A DNA stretch of 39,822 bases. It comes from a virus. Taxonomy: Duplodnaviria > Heunggongvirae > Uroviricota > Caudoviricetes. Under the pieces are notes generated by a model, which did no database searches, had not been told where the DNA came from, and saw only the letters and a program-made list of their open reading frames with translations. The number at the start of each line of letters is the position of its first letter. The stretch's first letter is position 1. Position numbers and translations under genes: made by a program. This document shows positions 1 to 9,508 of the stretch, piece by piece. The stretch is taken from IMG/VR virus record IMGVR_UViG_3300029581_000002; one strand, written 5' to 3'.

Positions 1-2472
1 AACTCTAATACTGGTATAGAAAGATTCTATAAAGCAGTTCTAGGAGCGATGCTTTATTATAGAGATATTCCATTTACACAGCCGGAGAAGATGGGAAGAT
101 ATACTCGTAAAGGAGCTCCATTATCAGGAGGTATGGATACTAACCCTGAACTAATTCCAGAGAATAATATTAGACAGGCTGTTAAATTAGTAAGAAAGGC
201 ATTTGATGGAGTTACTAGGAAGACTGAAGAATATTACTATCCATTCTTTAATGACTACGTTAAAGCCTTGTGGAAGGATAAGGGATACTCAAACGCAAGA
301 AACTTAGTAATAGGAGACCAGACTAAAATATACGACAATATGTTTAGAAGAAATCCAGACGGGTCTCTAAATGAGCAAATGCTGTTTGCTAATCCTTACG
401 ATAATAGTACTCCACTGTCATCTGAAGAAAGAAGATTCCTGAAGAAGATATTATGGGACATCAACAAGTACAGATTTAATTTGGAAGGTAAGTCAGAATC
501 TGACTCAGAAGTGTCACAATTAAAGAAACAAGACAAATGGTTCTGGGTACCATTGCAACAGACTAATAATAAGATATTGCAAATGGGAATTGCTAAATGG
601 GCTAGCCAAGAGACTAAAGATGTTACTATGAAGTTTAAAGACTTCTGGAATAGGGAAGAGAATGATGCATATTCGGAGGAAGAATATACAGCTAAATCTG
701 ACATGATTACTAGATATGAAATGTATAATAGGTTTAACATTTCTGAATCTAGTGAAGATGCCAGACAGGCATTACTAGCACAATACAATTCTGATTTCTG
801 GGAACGTAATTTGGAATCATTAGTAACTAGCTATGTGTTCGCCGCAGAACGTAAAGATGCCTTTGATGATGTGCTCCCGGCAATTAAAGCAATTAAATTA
901 TTAGCTCTTAACTATGCTAAAGAGACTGGTGTTGATTTAACAGTGTTTAATGAGACAATGGATAATTACCTTAAAATTGCAGTATTTAACCAATCCATTA
1001 TTAGTGAGGAAGGTAAACAGTTATACCAAGCTGTGGGCCCCATTAAGAGATTAGCATCTTTCGGATTGTTAGCATTTAATGTTACTGGTGGAGTCAGAGA
1101 TGTATTTGACGGAATGTGGAAGAACTCTGCAATGGCCTTTAGTAAAATGTATTACACTGGAGAGAAATTTACTTATAAAGAATTACTACAGGCCGGAGCT
1201 ATTATCATGAAAGACGGGCCAGACTTTTTATCAAGAGTCACTAAGATAGAGGCTCTTAATGCTAGAATGAGACTCGCTGATTTTGATATGAATAAATTGT
1301 CACAGAGGTTAGTAAGTAACAAGTCAGGATTGTCTAATCTATCCAGGTATACTTATTGGTTTACTACAGCACCGGATTACTATAATAGAATGACCATGTT
1401 TATAGCTCAAAGTCTACATGATGGGACTTGGGATGCTATAGAAATGACTAAGGATGGATTAAAGTATGATTGGAAGAAAGACAAGCGGTTAGCTGCTTAT
1501 GCTTCTGGCAATAAGAGTAATCCAGACTACAATAAGCAAAGAGGTCTGTATCTATCTATGATGAAATCTTTCAATGAAACCGAAGGTCTGAATCTAAAAG
1601 AAGGTGATGCATTACCATTTGCTTATACACAGGACGAAGTACTTGCTATTAAAACTTTATCAGATTTAGTTTATGGTTATTATGACCATGACGGAAGAAT
1701 GCAGGCCGAGAAGACCTTTATGGGAGCGTTGCTTGGTCAATTTAAAACATTCTTGTCCGCAACCAGGAATGCTTATTTACTAGAACCAAAGAACTATGGA
1801 CTGGCAGGTAGAGTTCAGGCTAAAAATGATAATGGAGACCTCCTATGGTACAAGGATATAGTAGACGATAATGGAGAAACTAAAACTATAGTAACTACAG
1901 AGAATACAGGAGTGCCGGTAGAAACTTGGGCTGACAGATACCTAGAGGGAATCTTTTACACCCTTAAAGATGCCTGGAGGGAATTTAAATCCGGAGGGCT
2001 TAAAGGAGTCAGAGACAACATATGGAACGAAGATACTGGTGTCAAGAAATCTAATTTAAAGAGATTAGGACATGACTTAATGCTGTGGTTGTTATTAGGA
2101 GCTCTAGGTCAGTATCTAATAAGGTTGTGGGCTGAAGCCAGAGAGGAAGATAGAGACCCATTAAATCCTACTATGTCTAGGGCTATGGAAGATACAGTGT
2201 TTAGTCTATTCCAGAGAGGATTTACCAATTCATTTGGCGATGTAACTCCTATCAACACTATGTTGAGTTTAGTTAATAATTCAGAACCTGTATCTATTGG
2301 GTATCTTAGCACGGTGTTCAATAATACCTATGAATTTGCATTTGGAGATAAGACTCTATCTCAATACTTTATGGGAACTACAGGATTCGGTGGAACTTTC
2401 AAGGGAGCTACTACTGAACTAAAGAATATAGCTAAATTAGCAGCTGACACAGTTAAAGAAGATATAGAGTAA
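1..2472 (+). CDS. C-terminal part of a very large phage protein, probably a virion-packaged cargo/ejected protein of a crAss-like phage; 5' end outside window
   Basis: Frame is open from base 1 (aac tct aat ... gcg atg) to TAA at 2470-2472, over 820 aa. Hydrophobic segment LMLWLLLGALGQYLIRLW near the C-terminus. Converges on the replication block as in crAss-like genomes. Function is inferred. Confidence 0.55.
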   Translation, partial: NSNTGIERFYKAVLGAMLYYRDIPFTQPEKMGRYTRKGAPLSGGMDTNPELIPENNIRQAVKLVRKAFDGVTRKTEEYYYPFFNDYVKALWKDKGYSNARNLVIGDQTKIYDNMFRRNPDGSLNEQMLFANPYDNSTPLSSEERRFLKKILWDINKYRFNLEGKSESDSEVSQLKKQDKWFWVPLQQTNNKILQMGIAKWASQETKDVTMKFKDFWNREENDAYSEEEYTAKSDMITRYEMYNRFNISESSEDARQALLAQYNSDFWERNLESLVTSYVFAAERKDAFDDVLPAIKAIKLLALNYAKETGVDLTVFNETMDNYLKIAVFNQSIISEEGKQLYQAVGPIKRLASFGLLAFNVTGGVRDVFDGMWKNSAMAFSKMYYTGEKFTYKELLQAGAIIMKDGPDFLSRVTKIEALNARMRLADFDMNKLSQRLVSNKSGLSNLSRYTYWFTTAPDYYNRMTMFIAQSLHDGTWDAIEMTKDGLKYDWKKDKRLAAYASGNKSNPDYNKQRGLYLSMMKSFNETEGLNLKEGDALPFAYTQDEVLAIKTLSDLVYGYYDHDGRMQAEKTFMGALLGQFKTFLSATRNAYLLEPKNYGLAGRVQAKNDNGDLLWYKDIVDDNGETKTIVTTENTGVPVETWADRYLEGIFYTLKDAWREFKSGGLKGVRDNIWNEDTGVKKSNLKRLGHDLMLWLLLGALGQYLIRLWAEAREEDRDPLNPTMSRAMEDTVFSLFQRGFTNSFGDVTPINTMLSLVNNSEPVSIGYLSTVFNNTYEFAFGDKTLSQYFMGTTGFGGTFKGATTELKNIAKLAADTVKEDIE

Positions 2473-2477
2473 TAATC

Positions 2478-2529
2478 AAAAAAAAATGGCCTGTACAGTA
2501 GAGCATTACACTCCACCATACAGGCCATT
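2478..2529 (-). terminator. Intrinsic terminator ending the minus-strand block, possibly bidirectional
   Basis: Minus-strand RNA AUGGCCUGUAUGGUGGAGU-GUAAU-GCUCUACUGUACAGGCCAU forms a ~19-20 bp stem (inner part G-U paired, favouring the minus strand) followed by U9 (A-run 2478-2486). Lies between convergent stop codons. Confidence 0.9.
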
Positions 2530-2534
2530 ATTGT

Positions 2535-3251
2535 TTATTGAAGCACCCCTAGGGTCTCCATCATAGTTGCTACTTTGACAATTAACTCACCGAGAGTTCC
2601 GTTATTATCAATAACATAATCGTAGTCATTGTAATCATCCAAAGCATGTTCTGAAATATGATTATCTAGTAATCCGGTATCTCTGTTTACCTTAATGACA
2701 ATTCCTTTTCTATCTTTGATAGCCTGGACTTCATTTGGAAACCTAGTATCTGGCATAATCCAACAAGGCTCTACTGTATTCATATGTACGAATACAGTGT
2801 TACCGTATTCATCAGTACCATAAGTAGGATAACTCTTAAATTTCCTTTCATAGTCAAACATCATAGATTTAACCCATAGGTTAGGGTCAATAGTTCTTCC
2901 CACTTCAGTACCTAGTACTTGTAGGAACTCTCTATGAGTCATAGGCTCCCCTTCACTATTACTAATTGGAATATATGTAAATGATTCTTTGATACTCTCT
3001 GTCTCAAAGCTTGACTTATCACAACCCAATATAATGGACGCACACTGTTTCAGCTTCTCTGCCCATGGATGTTTCTCCCATACACTAAGTATAGGAGCAA
3101 TATCCTCACTTTCATGGACAGCTTCAAAATGTTTGGCATTCAGAGTTACTTCTCCCCATAGTTTAGAAGATTTAAGCCAACTTATATACCGAATGATATT
3201 ACAAACTGTATCCTTACCGCTTTGCTTCTTACCAACTATACCTATAATCAT
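2535..3251 (-). CDS. Deoxynucleoside monophosphate kinase (T4 gp1-like)
   Basis: N-terminal P-loop IIGIVGKKQSGKDT, RxxLQxLGTEVGR, DTRFPNE, HISE, IDNNGT motifs. Confidence 0.85.
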   Translation of the reverse strand: MIIGIVGKKQSGKDTVCNIIRYISWLKSSKLWGEVTLNAKHFEAVHESEDIAPILSVWEKHPWAEKLKQCASIILGCDKSSFETESIKESFTYIPISNSEGEPMTHREFLQVLGTEVGRTIDPNLWVKSMMFDYERKFKSYPTYGTDEYGNTVFVHMNTVEPCWIMPDTRFPNEVQAIKDRKGIVIKVNRDTGLLDNHISEHALDDYNDYDYVIDNNGTLGELIVKVATMMETLGVLQ

Positions 3252-3430
3252 TCTTCTAGAAGGGTTATTTCATCGTCGCTATACTCACAATCTCTTACTT
3301 CTAAATCTCCTAGGTCTACTGTGTCGTAAGCCTTTTCCCAAGCTTCGTCTTCGCTGTCGGCTTCAACTTCTATGTCAAAGCATAGACGACATCTAAGCTG
3401 TCTATCGATACTTACATTATACTTCGGCAT
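3248..3430 (-). CDS. Small acidic hypothetical protein (IEVEADSEDEA motif)
   Basis: 60-aa ORF with ATGA coupling to the kinase gene. Confidence 0.65.
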   Translation of the reverse strand: MPKYNVSIDRQLRCRLCFDIEVEADSEDEAWEKAYDTVDLGDLEVRDCEYSDDEITLLEE

Positions 3431-3668
3431 CAGTAGTAGCTATTACTAACTCACCAGAGTCAATTGCTTTACGAATGTATCTCATTAATGTGATAGGTTT
3501 CGGATACTCTGCTAGAAACGTAGTAGTTCCTACATCGTCTCTGTCATTCATGTCTATTGGAAAGACAATAGCTTTATCACCAGCTATTATTTGATAATAA
3601 AGTACACCAGCTATAGCATGTGATATCTTAGCTGGATAAGGTAAGGTTACAATTTCTTTTAGTGTCAT
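3417..3668 (-). CDS. Hypothetical phage protein
   Basis: 83-aa ORF packed in operon. Confidence 0.7.
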   Translation of the reverse strand: MTLKEIVTLPYPAKISHAIAGVLYYQIIAGDKAIVFPIDMNDRDDVGTTTFLAEYPKPITLMRYIRKAIDSGELVIATTDAEV

Positions 3669-3669
3669 A

Positions 3670-4575
3670 TTATACTACACAAGATTTTACTAAATCAGCA
3701 ATCTGTTTACCATCTGCGGCAGGGAACATAGCTTTAAGCTCTTTGATAATGATTCCCATTTTGCTCTTAGGAATCTTAGGCCCGTCTTCACATCCTTGTA
3801 ATGCACAGACTTCTACTAACCCTAAAGCAAGTACTTTATCATCAGGGACCTCGGGCAGAAACTCATTCAAGATAAGAGATTCTGCCATTTCATTATCATA
3901 TAAATCCTGACGACCTGCCATACGATACTGTTCGGCATTATCAATACGTTGGTCACGTAACTTCTTAATAATGGCTATTTCAGCAGCATTGTCAAGAGGT
4001 TTAGCATTCTTAGCAGTTGCATAGTTGCTAAATTCCGTCTTAATTGCACGGAGGACTGTAGTCCGAACAGCGTCGTGATTCTTCATAGACTCCATAATTA
4101 AGGAGTTTAATTTATCATTCCACATATCATTTCTATTTAAAATGTTAATTACATGTCTTGCGTCTTCATCAGTAATACCCGTAACTGTGTTAGTCTTAAT
4201 GAAGTACTTCCTCTGTTCTGCAAGCATACTTCTGTCATCATCCAATATAGCATAAACATAAGGTTCGGTTTCGGATGCTAACCAATCCCTTATTTCACAA
4301 CCTCTATGGACTCCAAACGGAGTAATACTATGTATCTTGAACTTTAAACCAGCTTTGTCAAAGATTGATTGCAAATTAATTTCAGCTCTCCAAGAGGAGC
4401 TGACTACTACCTTGCAGCCAGTCTCTTTGACTATTCTGTTTACAATTTCAACACACTTAGGGTCAAAGTCACCTTGAGGATACACATGGTCCTTATTCCA
4501 TTCTGCTCTGTACCATGAGACACTATTGAGAACCCCGTCTACGTCTAGAAATAAATATTTGTTAATCCTTTTCAT
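3670..4575 (-). CDS. HAD-family phosphatase (RNA-repair/Swiss-army-knife type) fused to a GatB/YqeY domain
   Basis: N-half: FLDVDGVLN, VVSSSWR, YAILDDD. C-half from MWNDK: MKNHDAVRTTVLRAIKT, KKLRDQRIDNAEQYRMAGRQDL, ILNEFLP, MGIIIKELK, ADGKQIADLVK (YqeY pattern). Confidence 0.8.
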   Translation of the reverse strand: MKRINKYLFLDVDGVLNSVSWYRAEWNKDHVYPQGDFDPKCVEIVNRIVKETGCKVVVSSSWRAEINLQSIFDKAGLKFKIHSITPFGVHRGCEIRDWLASETEPYVYAILDDDRSMLAEQRKYFIKTNTVTGITDEDARHVINILNRNDMWNDKLNSLIMESMKNHDAVRTTVLRAIKTEFSNYATAKNAKPLDNAAEIAIIKKLRDQRIDNAEQYRMAGRQDLYDNEMAESLILNEFLPEVPDDKVLALGLVEVCALQGCEDGPKIPKSKMGIIIKELKAMFPAADGKQIADLVKSCVV

Positions 4576-5299
4576 AAAATGTTACTTGTCTGGAGAATCC
4601 GTTCTCTAGTATATCCTCGTCTGGTGATACTTCATTCTCAACATCTGCCGAATATTCTTCTATGTACACTTCAGTATCAACATTCTGTATGGTACATCCA
4701 GCAACCCAAACACAATCACCCTCGTCCATAATAACTTCATAGGGCAGCGCTGACCTGTAATCAGTACGATAAATTTTACCAGTTTGTCCAACTTCTGTAT
4801 AAGCGGAGTCTAGGACTACTTTGACCTTAGTGTCTTTAGCTAAAGCATATCCCTTTCCTTCTAATGCACAGACACTGGTGTCCAATTTGTGTAGTTTGTA
4901 ATTACTTAACTGTATTGCATACAATGAATGCTCTGATAAAGTCATAGAATATACACAAAGCAAATCACCATATTTGAGGTCTTTTGTATCCTCTCCTATA
5001 TACTTGATACAATCGTCAAGGTATATTCGCGCAATAGGTTCAGGAGTCCAAATCTGGAAGTTTCCAGAAGGGTCCAATAAGTCATTATAAACTGGAATGA
5101 TAAGAGCATCTTCTAGTTCATTTCTGTATCTATAATCTGCTCTAATTGCTAGCATACTATCCCAACGCACTTCCGACTCTCTTATACCAGGACTGACTAC
5201 AGTACCGTAAGCTCCTTCGACTATATGAGTATCTTTTGAAGAAACCATTCTAACTCTTGTTCCCTCAACAATTTTAAACTTTCCCTTTTTCAGATTCAT
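4562..5299 (-). CDS. Hypothetical protein with repeated SH3/KOW-like beta segments
   Basis: 245 aa; similar segments GTRVRMV...GAYGTVV and DTKVKVV...GQTGKIY; acidic tail. Confidence 0.6.
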   Translation of the reverse strand: MNLKKGKFKIVEGTRVRMVSSKDTHIVEGAYGTVVSPGIRESEVRWDSMLAIRADYRYRNELEDALIIPVYNDLLDPSGNFQIWTPEPIARIYLDDCIKYIGEDTKDLKYGDLLCVYSMTLSEHSLYAIQLSNYKLHKLDTSVCALEGKGYALAKDTKVKVVLDSAYTEVGQTGKIYRTDYRSALPYEVIMDEGDCVWVAGCTIQNVDTEVYIEEYSADVENEVSPDEDILENGFSRQVTFYEKD

Positions 5300-5519
5300 G
5301 TTTCATAAATTCATCTGTTAATTCAACTCCTAATTGACATATCTCTTTAAATGACCTCTCATGTAAGAGGTCATTGTTATTGATTAATGCTAATGTAAAT
5401 TCAAATCTCAATCTTTCATACTTTTCATGTTGCTCATTAGCTTCCTTTTGAGCTTCAGTTGCCTGTTGTGCAGCCTTAATGCCCTCCAGGAACTCACCCC
5501 AATCTTTACTGTTGTCCAT
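5274..5519 (-). CDS. Hypothetical protein
   Basis: 81-aa ORF overlapping both neighbours. Confidence 0.65.
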   Translation of the reverse strand: MDNSKDWGEFLEGIKAAQQATEAQKEANEQHEKYERLRFEFTLALINNNDLLHERSFKEICQLGVELTDEFMKHESEKGKV

Positions 5520-6051
5520 AAAAACTAGGGTTTAGATATTTCATAGTGTGCCTACGTAATATATTCTCTGCTGTACCAGAATCCCATTTAGATTTGCTTC
5601 TTATAAAGGCAATATCCTCACTTGAAACATTGGTCATAGCAGAATCACGGTCTCTATCTGTCTCAAATCCACCTACATAATGTACAATAGGACAATCATC
5701 TATGGTATATGGGTCATCATCCTCGCATAAGTCTGCATTGAGCTCATCTACCATGTCAACATGATAAAAACCGTCTTGTCCAGCTACGCCTACTCTAAAC
5801 CTAGGTTCAGAGAACATATGATAAATGCACAAAATACATGGAGGACACTCTGTATCATCTGTATTCTCCTTAATGTAATTTGCTATGAAATTAGCTGCCA
5901 TTTCATCACAACCCCTACAATCTCCGACTACAAATTCACAGTCATCGTAATTATCGTTGCATGTATCTATTACATCAACAATTGCTGGAACGTAGAACTT
6001 CTCAAATTCTTCAGGAGTTATGTCTCTGTGTCCACTAATAAAGTATGTCAT
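5506..6051 (-). CDS. SLOG-superfamily (YspA/DprA-like) nucleotide-binding protein
   Basis: FISGHR, FVVGDCRGCDEMA, RDSAMT..S..DIAF, SGT motifs match the YspA-type SLOG pattern. Confidence 0.65.
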   Translation of the reverse strand: MTYFISGHRDITPEEFEKFYVPAIVDVIDTCNDNYDDCEFVVGDCRGCDEMAANFIANYIKENTDDTECPPCILCIYHMFSEPRFRVGVAGQDGFYHVDMVDELNADLCEDDDPYTIDDCPIVHYVGGFETDRDRDSAMTNVSSEDIAFIRSKSKWDSGTAENILRRHTMKYLNPSFYGQQ

Positions 6052-6602
6052 TCAGCAAATAAATCGTCTAAACCTTCTACTTCTTCATAATCTACATAAG
6101 TATAAAAGATGCCTTCAATGAGATGTCTATGATTAAACGCCCACTGATAGTTATCAAGGTCGGACATTTTAACCCACATGATAGCTTTTACTTCATTCTC
6201 TTCTCCACCTAGCTGTCCTTTGATAGCATTAGTAGAAATTCCAATATGACTCTCGTCTACTACAGCCATGAACCTCATAGTGACATTCTGTCTGTTAGAG
6301 TCTTTCGGGTCATCGTTAACGCTACACATATAAAGAGCACTAGGTTCAATCTTAACTCCAGTTTCCTCGTAGATTTCCCTAGAGCAAGCTTCTGCTAATG
6401 TCTCATCAAAGTCCAAATAGCCACAAGGACAGTTCCAATATCCTTGAAAGTCTGGTGCTCCTTCACCTCTTTGATTAGCAAGAACACACCATTCATCGTT
6501 AATTTTACAAAATATAAATCCTGCAACGGCTATACTACGGTGAACCCAGACTGTCTCCCCAGCATGTTCACCTGTTTCAATTGTAATAGGATAATTCTTC
6601 AT
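6048..6602 (-). CDS. Nudix hydrolase, likely ADP-ribose pyrophosphatase-like
   Basis: Nudix box GYLDFDETLAEACSREIYEETG; C-terminal AFNH..LI; adjacent to nadD. Confidence 0.85.
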   Translation of the reverse strand: MKNYPITIETGEHAGETVWVHRSIAVAGFIFCKINDEWCVLANQRGEGAPDFQGYWNCPCGYLDFDETLAEACSREIYEETGVKIEPSALYMCSVNDDPKDSNRQNVTMRFMAVVDESHIGISTNAIKGQLGGEENEVKAIMWVKMSDLDNYQWAFNHRHLIEGIFYTYVDYEEVEGLDDLFAE

Positions 6603-6629
6603 TAGTAAAATTCTTCAGTTAATCCAGCT

Positions 6630-7205
6630 TTATACATATAATCTATATTGGTCAATGAATGCTTCTACGATATCTCTTACAAATGGCTGGATGTATATTC
6701 CAAGCTTTACTCTATTGCGAATGCAAGTAGAGCATATTGTTATTTGCGGAACATATACAACATGTACATTCTCCGGAAGGTCTTGTGGGGTCTCCTCTCC
6801 ACTTACCACCATGAGGAATTTATAGTCATACAATATTACAGACCCTTTATGCCATTCAGGAATATCCTTGTAGGTTTCTGGAGTAGTAATGATTACTAAT
6901 TCATCCTCTGGCATTCTAGACCTCAATTCCTCCAGTACAACGTATGTAGGTATACCTCTGGGATAAGCAGGACCTGCTAAGTCTTTCTCTACATCACTTA
7001 CATGTACAAAAGGCAAAGTGTCGAATTGCATACAACTCATAGCATACCTATATGAAAATTTAGAGCTATTCTCCTTCCATAAGTTTTGATAAGCAGGAAT
7101 CACTAACACTCTATCTACCTGATTGGAGTTAATGGCTCCCATTACCACATTTACATGCCCGATATGGGGAGGGTCAAATGAGCCAAAGAATAATCCTACT
7201 CGCAT
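6630..7205 (-). CDS. nadD: Nicotinate-nucleotide adenylyltransferase
   Basis: GLFFGSFDPPHIGH (HIGH motif), VSDVEK, PEWH, ICSTCIR (ISSTxIR-like). Confidence 0.88.
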   Translation of the reverse strand: MRVGLFFGSFDPPHIGHVNVVMGAINSNQVDRVLVIPAYQNLWKENSSKFSYRYAMSCMQFDTLPFVHVSDVEKDLAGPAYPRGIPTYVVLEELRSRMPEDELVIITTPETYKDIPEWHKGSVILYDYKFLMVVSGEETPQDLPENVHVVYVPQITICSTCIRNRVKLGIYIQPFVRDIVEAFIDQYRLYV

Positions 7206-7453
7206 TGCATTGCCTCCTTAACTGCTGCTTTAACTATACTATCAAGTTCATGCTTACACTTCTTACAGTCTCCTGCATGTGCAAACCAATGATTTTTCCA
7301 GTAATATGTATGACCATTCAAAGTAAGAGCTCTGATATGACCATTACGACAAGTTCCAACCTTGTCATGGTTGTCAGTCACATTACTACTGGGAGTACAA
7401 CTAGAAAGGAGCCAAAGCAAAGCTAAGGCTCCATAATACAATTTCATTTTCAT
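7196..7453 (-). CDS. Small lipoprotein
   Basis: Basic N-terminus, hydrophobic stretch and lipobox LSSC; C-terminal HAGDCKKC. Confidence 0.65.
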   Translation of the reverse strand: MKMKLYYGALALLWLLSSCTPSSNVTDNHDKVGTCRNGHIRALTLNGHTYYWKNHWFAHAGDCKKCKHELDSIVKAAVKEAMQCE

Positions 7454-8553
7454 CTAAATCCAATTTTAGGTCTATCACTTTCAATTTGTTCACCACCATT
7501 GTCTGTGCCTAAGTTATAGACATCACACAATGCCATGTCTTCAGTTACAGGTTCAGTCTTACCAAGTTTAACAGCTAAGGCAGTAGCTTTATCTTTGGTA
7601 AGTTTACCAAATTCATATTTAACTTTCAATCTTCCTTTACGTAATAATGCTTTATCAATACTACTAATATCAGCATTAAAGGTACATATGAACTTAAGGT
7701 TTAAAGAGTCTCCAAGTATACCGTCTGACAGGTTTAGTAAAGAGGATATTCTGTGATTTCCTTTAGTGTCCCTACTTACTAATAAGTCCTCGCAGTCTTC
7801 TACTACAAACACTGAATCTCTCTTATTAGTAAGAAGTTCAATAAATGAAGCATCCCCAATGTATTGAAACGTAGAAGCGTCTAAGAACACAAACTTTTTA
7901 TTGGGATTGTCGGCTATTAGCTTTCTAATATAACTAGTCTTACCGCAACCAGGAACTCCGTGTAGTATGGCAATTCCACTTTCCTTGGAATTTATCATAT
8001 CGGTTATTTGTTGATGTGGTAAGTCATCATTATAATTAGATTGTATGTCACAATCTTGCTCTTTTACCTTCATGAGTGTAGTTCTGAATCCTTGATTACT
8101 GTAGGTTACGTATTCCATAGTAGCTTTAGCCTCTTTATATACCAAGCAATCTACTATTTCTTTTGGAATATCATCAGTATTCAACATTAGAATTTCTAGG
8201 TCCTGAAGGTCTATAATATACTCATCAGTAAATAAGAAGTAATCATCTCCCCACCTTATATGAACTGCATCTGGAAACAACTTTAAAAGGTTGTGTTGAG
8301 TTGCCCAATAGTCTATAGATTTACTTCCGGAAATAGATTTAATCTTTCCTTTAGATTCTGCATCTGACCATTCTCGTCCTTCTGGTAAGTCTACTGCATA
8401 ATAATCTGTTCTAAAAGTCGCCCTATGTGGAGCTCTTCCATGTATCTTCATAAATACAGCGGCTAACGCAGAACCCAACCCGTAAGTTGGGGCTATGACT
8501 ACATCATAACACTCTTTAATAGCTGTGTGAACTCTTCTCTCTAAATCATTCAT
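7450..8553 (-). CDS. AAA+ ATPase
   Basis: Walker A GVPGCGKT, Walker B FVVEDCE, LLNLSDG, TFN sensor, DKALLRKGR arginine finger. Confidence 0.88.
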   Translation of the reverse strand: MNDLERRVHTAIKECYDVVIAPTYGLGSALAAVFMKIHGRAPHRATFRTDYYAVDLPEGREWSDAESKGKIKSISGSKSIDYWATQHNLLKLFPDAVHIRWGDDYFLFTDEYIIDLQDLEILMLNTDDIPKEIVDCLVYKEAKATMEYVTYSNQGFRTTLMKVKEQDCDIQSNYNDDLPHQQITDMINSKESGIAILHGVPGCGKTSYIRKLIADNPNKKFVFLDASTFQYIGDASFIELLTNKRDSVFVVEDCEDLLVSRDTKGNHRISSLLNLSDGILGDSLNLKFICTFNADISSIDKALLRKGRLKVKYEFGKLTKDKATALAVKLGKTEPVTEDMALCDVYNLGTDNGGEQIESDRPKIGFR

Positions 8554-9508
8554 ATAATTCCCTAGATATATAAATTGGAGCTTTCTTACGTTTAAATTCG
8601 GAAGCTAAATGTCGGCTCCAAACCTTATTGACTACATCTTCTCCATGCCTAACACATAATTGTGACCAGCAATCAGATTCTGCCATTTCATCATGTGGAT
8701 GAAGTGGTTCTCCATGCTTCTGTCGATACTCCTTAAATGGAATATATCTAGAGAGTATATCATCAACCTCATCGTAACTCTTAGCTCCAATTTGCTCTAA
8801 GTCACTGTTACTAATGCCAAGACCGTCCGTAGGAGTAAGAGCTATAGATAACTCTATAGCATCAGATTTACTTCCAGCACCAGTCATTATAGTATGGTGG
8901 TGTTCAATGTTTTTATAGCGATTACTAATCCACTTAGCTAACTCATAAACTTCTGTCTTCCATAGGTCTTGAATTGGGTCAAAATCACCTACATCACCAT
9001 GAATAGTCCAGAATCCAAGCTGATATTCAGTTTGATTATCTGTACTCATTACTAATCCTTTATGGCGACTAGCTATATCATATAGATACATCATTCTGCA
9101 CCTAGCTTGAAGATTACCATTAGCAATAGGAGTTCTACTAGGCATTTCTTCTAGTTCATCGAGATAGTAAGAATTAGCCATATTGACATCACCTGCATCA
9201 GCACAGGCATCAAACAAAGCTGCACGATAGGAACGTTCAAGTCTGTAAACACTAAATTCATTACAGAAGGCTTCTCCTACATGTACAGAAGTAGCGAACT
9301 CATCACTTTTATTCTTAATAGGAAGACTTCTTCCTATAAGAGGAATACCAGTCTTCTTACTAACCTCATGGCATATGGCAGCAACAACAGTGGAGTCAAT
9401 TCCTCCACTGATGCCTAATACCATTGCTTTAAGGTTATTCTCAGTAACGTATTCAGCTGTTTTGTCAACTAATACGTCAAATACATGTTCATAATTTAGT
9501 TCACTCAT
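8546..9508 (-). CDS. nadE: NH3-dependent NAD+ synthetase
   Basis: VLGISGGIDS PP-loop, NLQARCRM, TDNQTE..LGFWTIHGD, DLWKTEV, PTDGL; no glutaminase domain. Confidence 0.93.
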   Translation of the reverse strand: MSELNYEHVFDVLVDKTAEYVTENNLKAMVLGISGGIDSTVVAAICHEVSKKTGIPLIGRSLPIKNKSDEFATSVHVGEAFCNEFSVYRLERSYRAALFDACADAGDVNMANSYYLDELEEMPSRTPIANGNLQARCRMMYLYDIASRHKGLVMSTDNQTEYQLGFWTIHGDVGDFDPIQDLWKTEVYELAKWISNRYKNIEHHHTIMTGAGSKSDAIELSIALTPTDGLGISNSDLEQIGAKSYDEVDDILSRYIPFKEYRQKHGEPLHPHDEMAESDCWSQLCVRHGEDVVNKVWSRHLASEFKRKKAPIYISRELYE

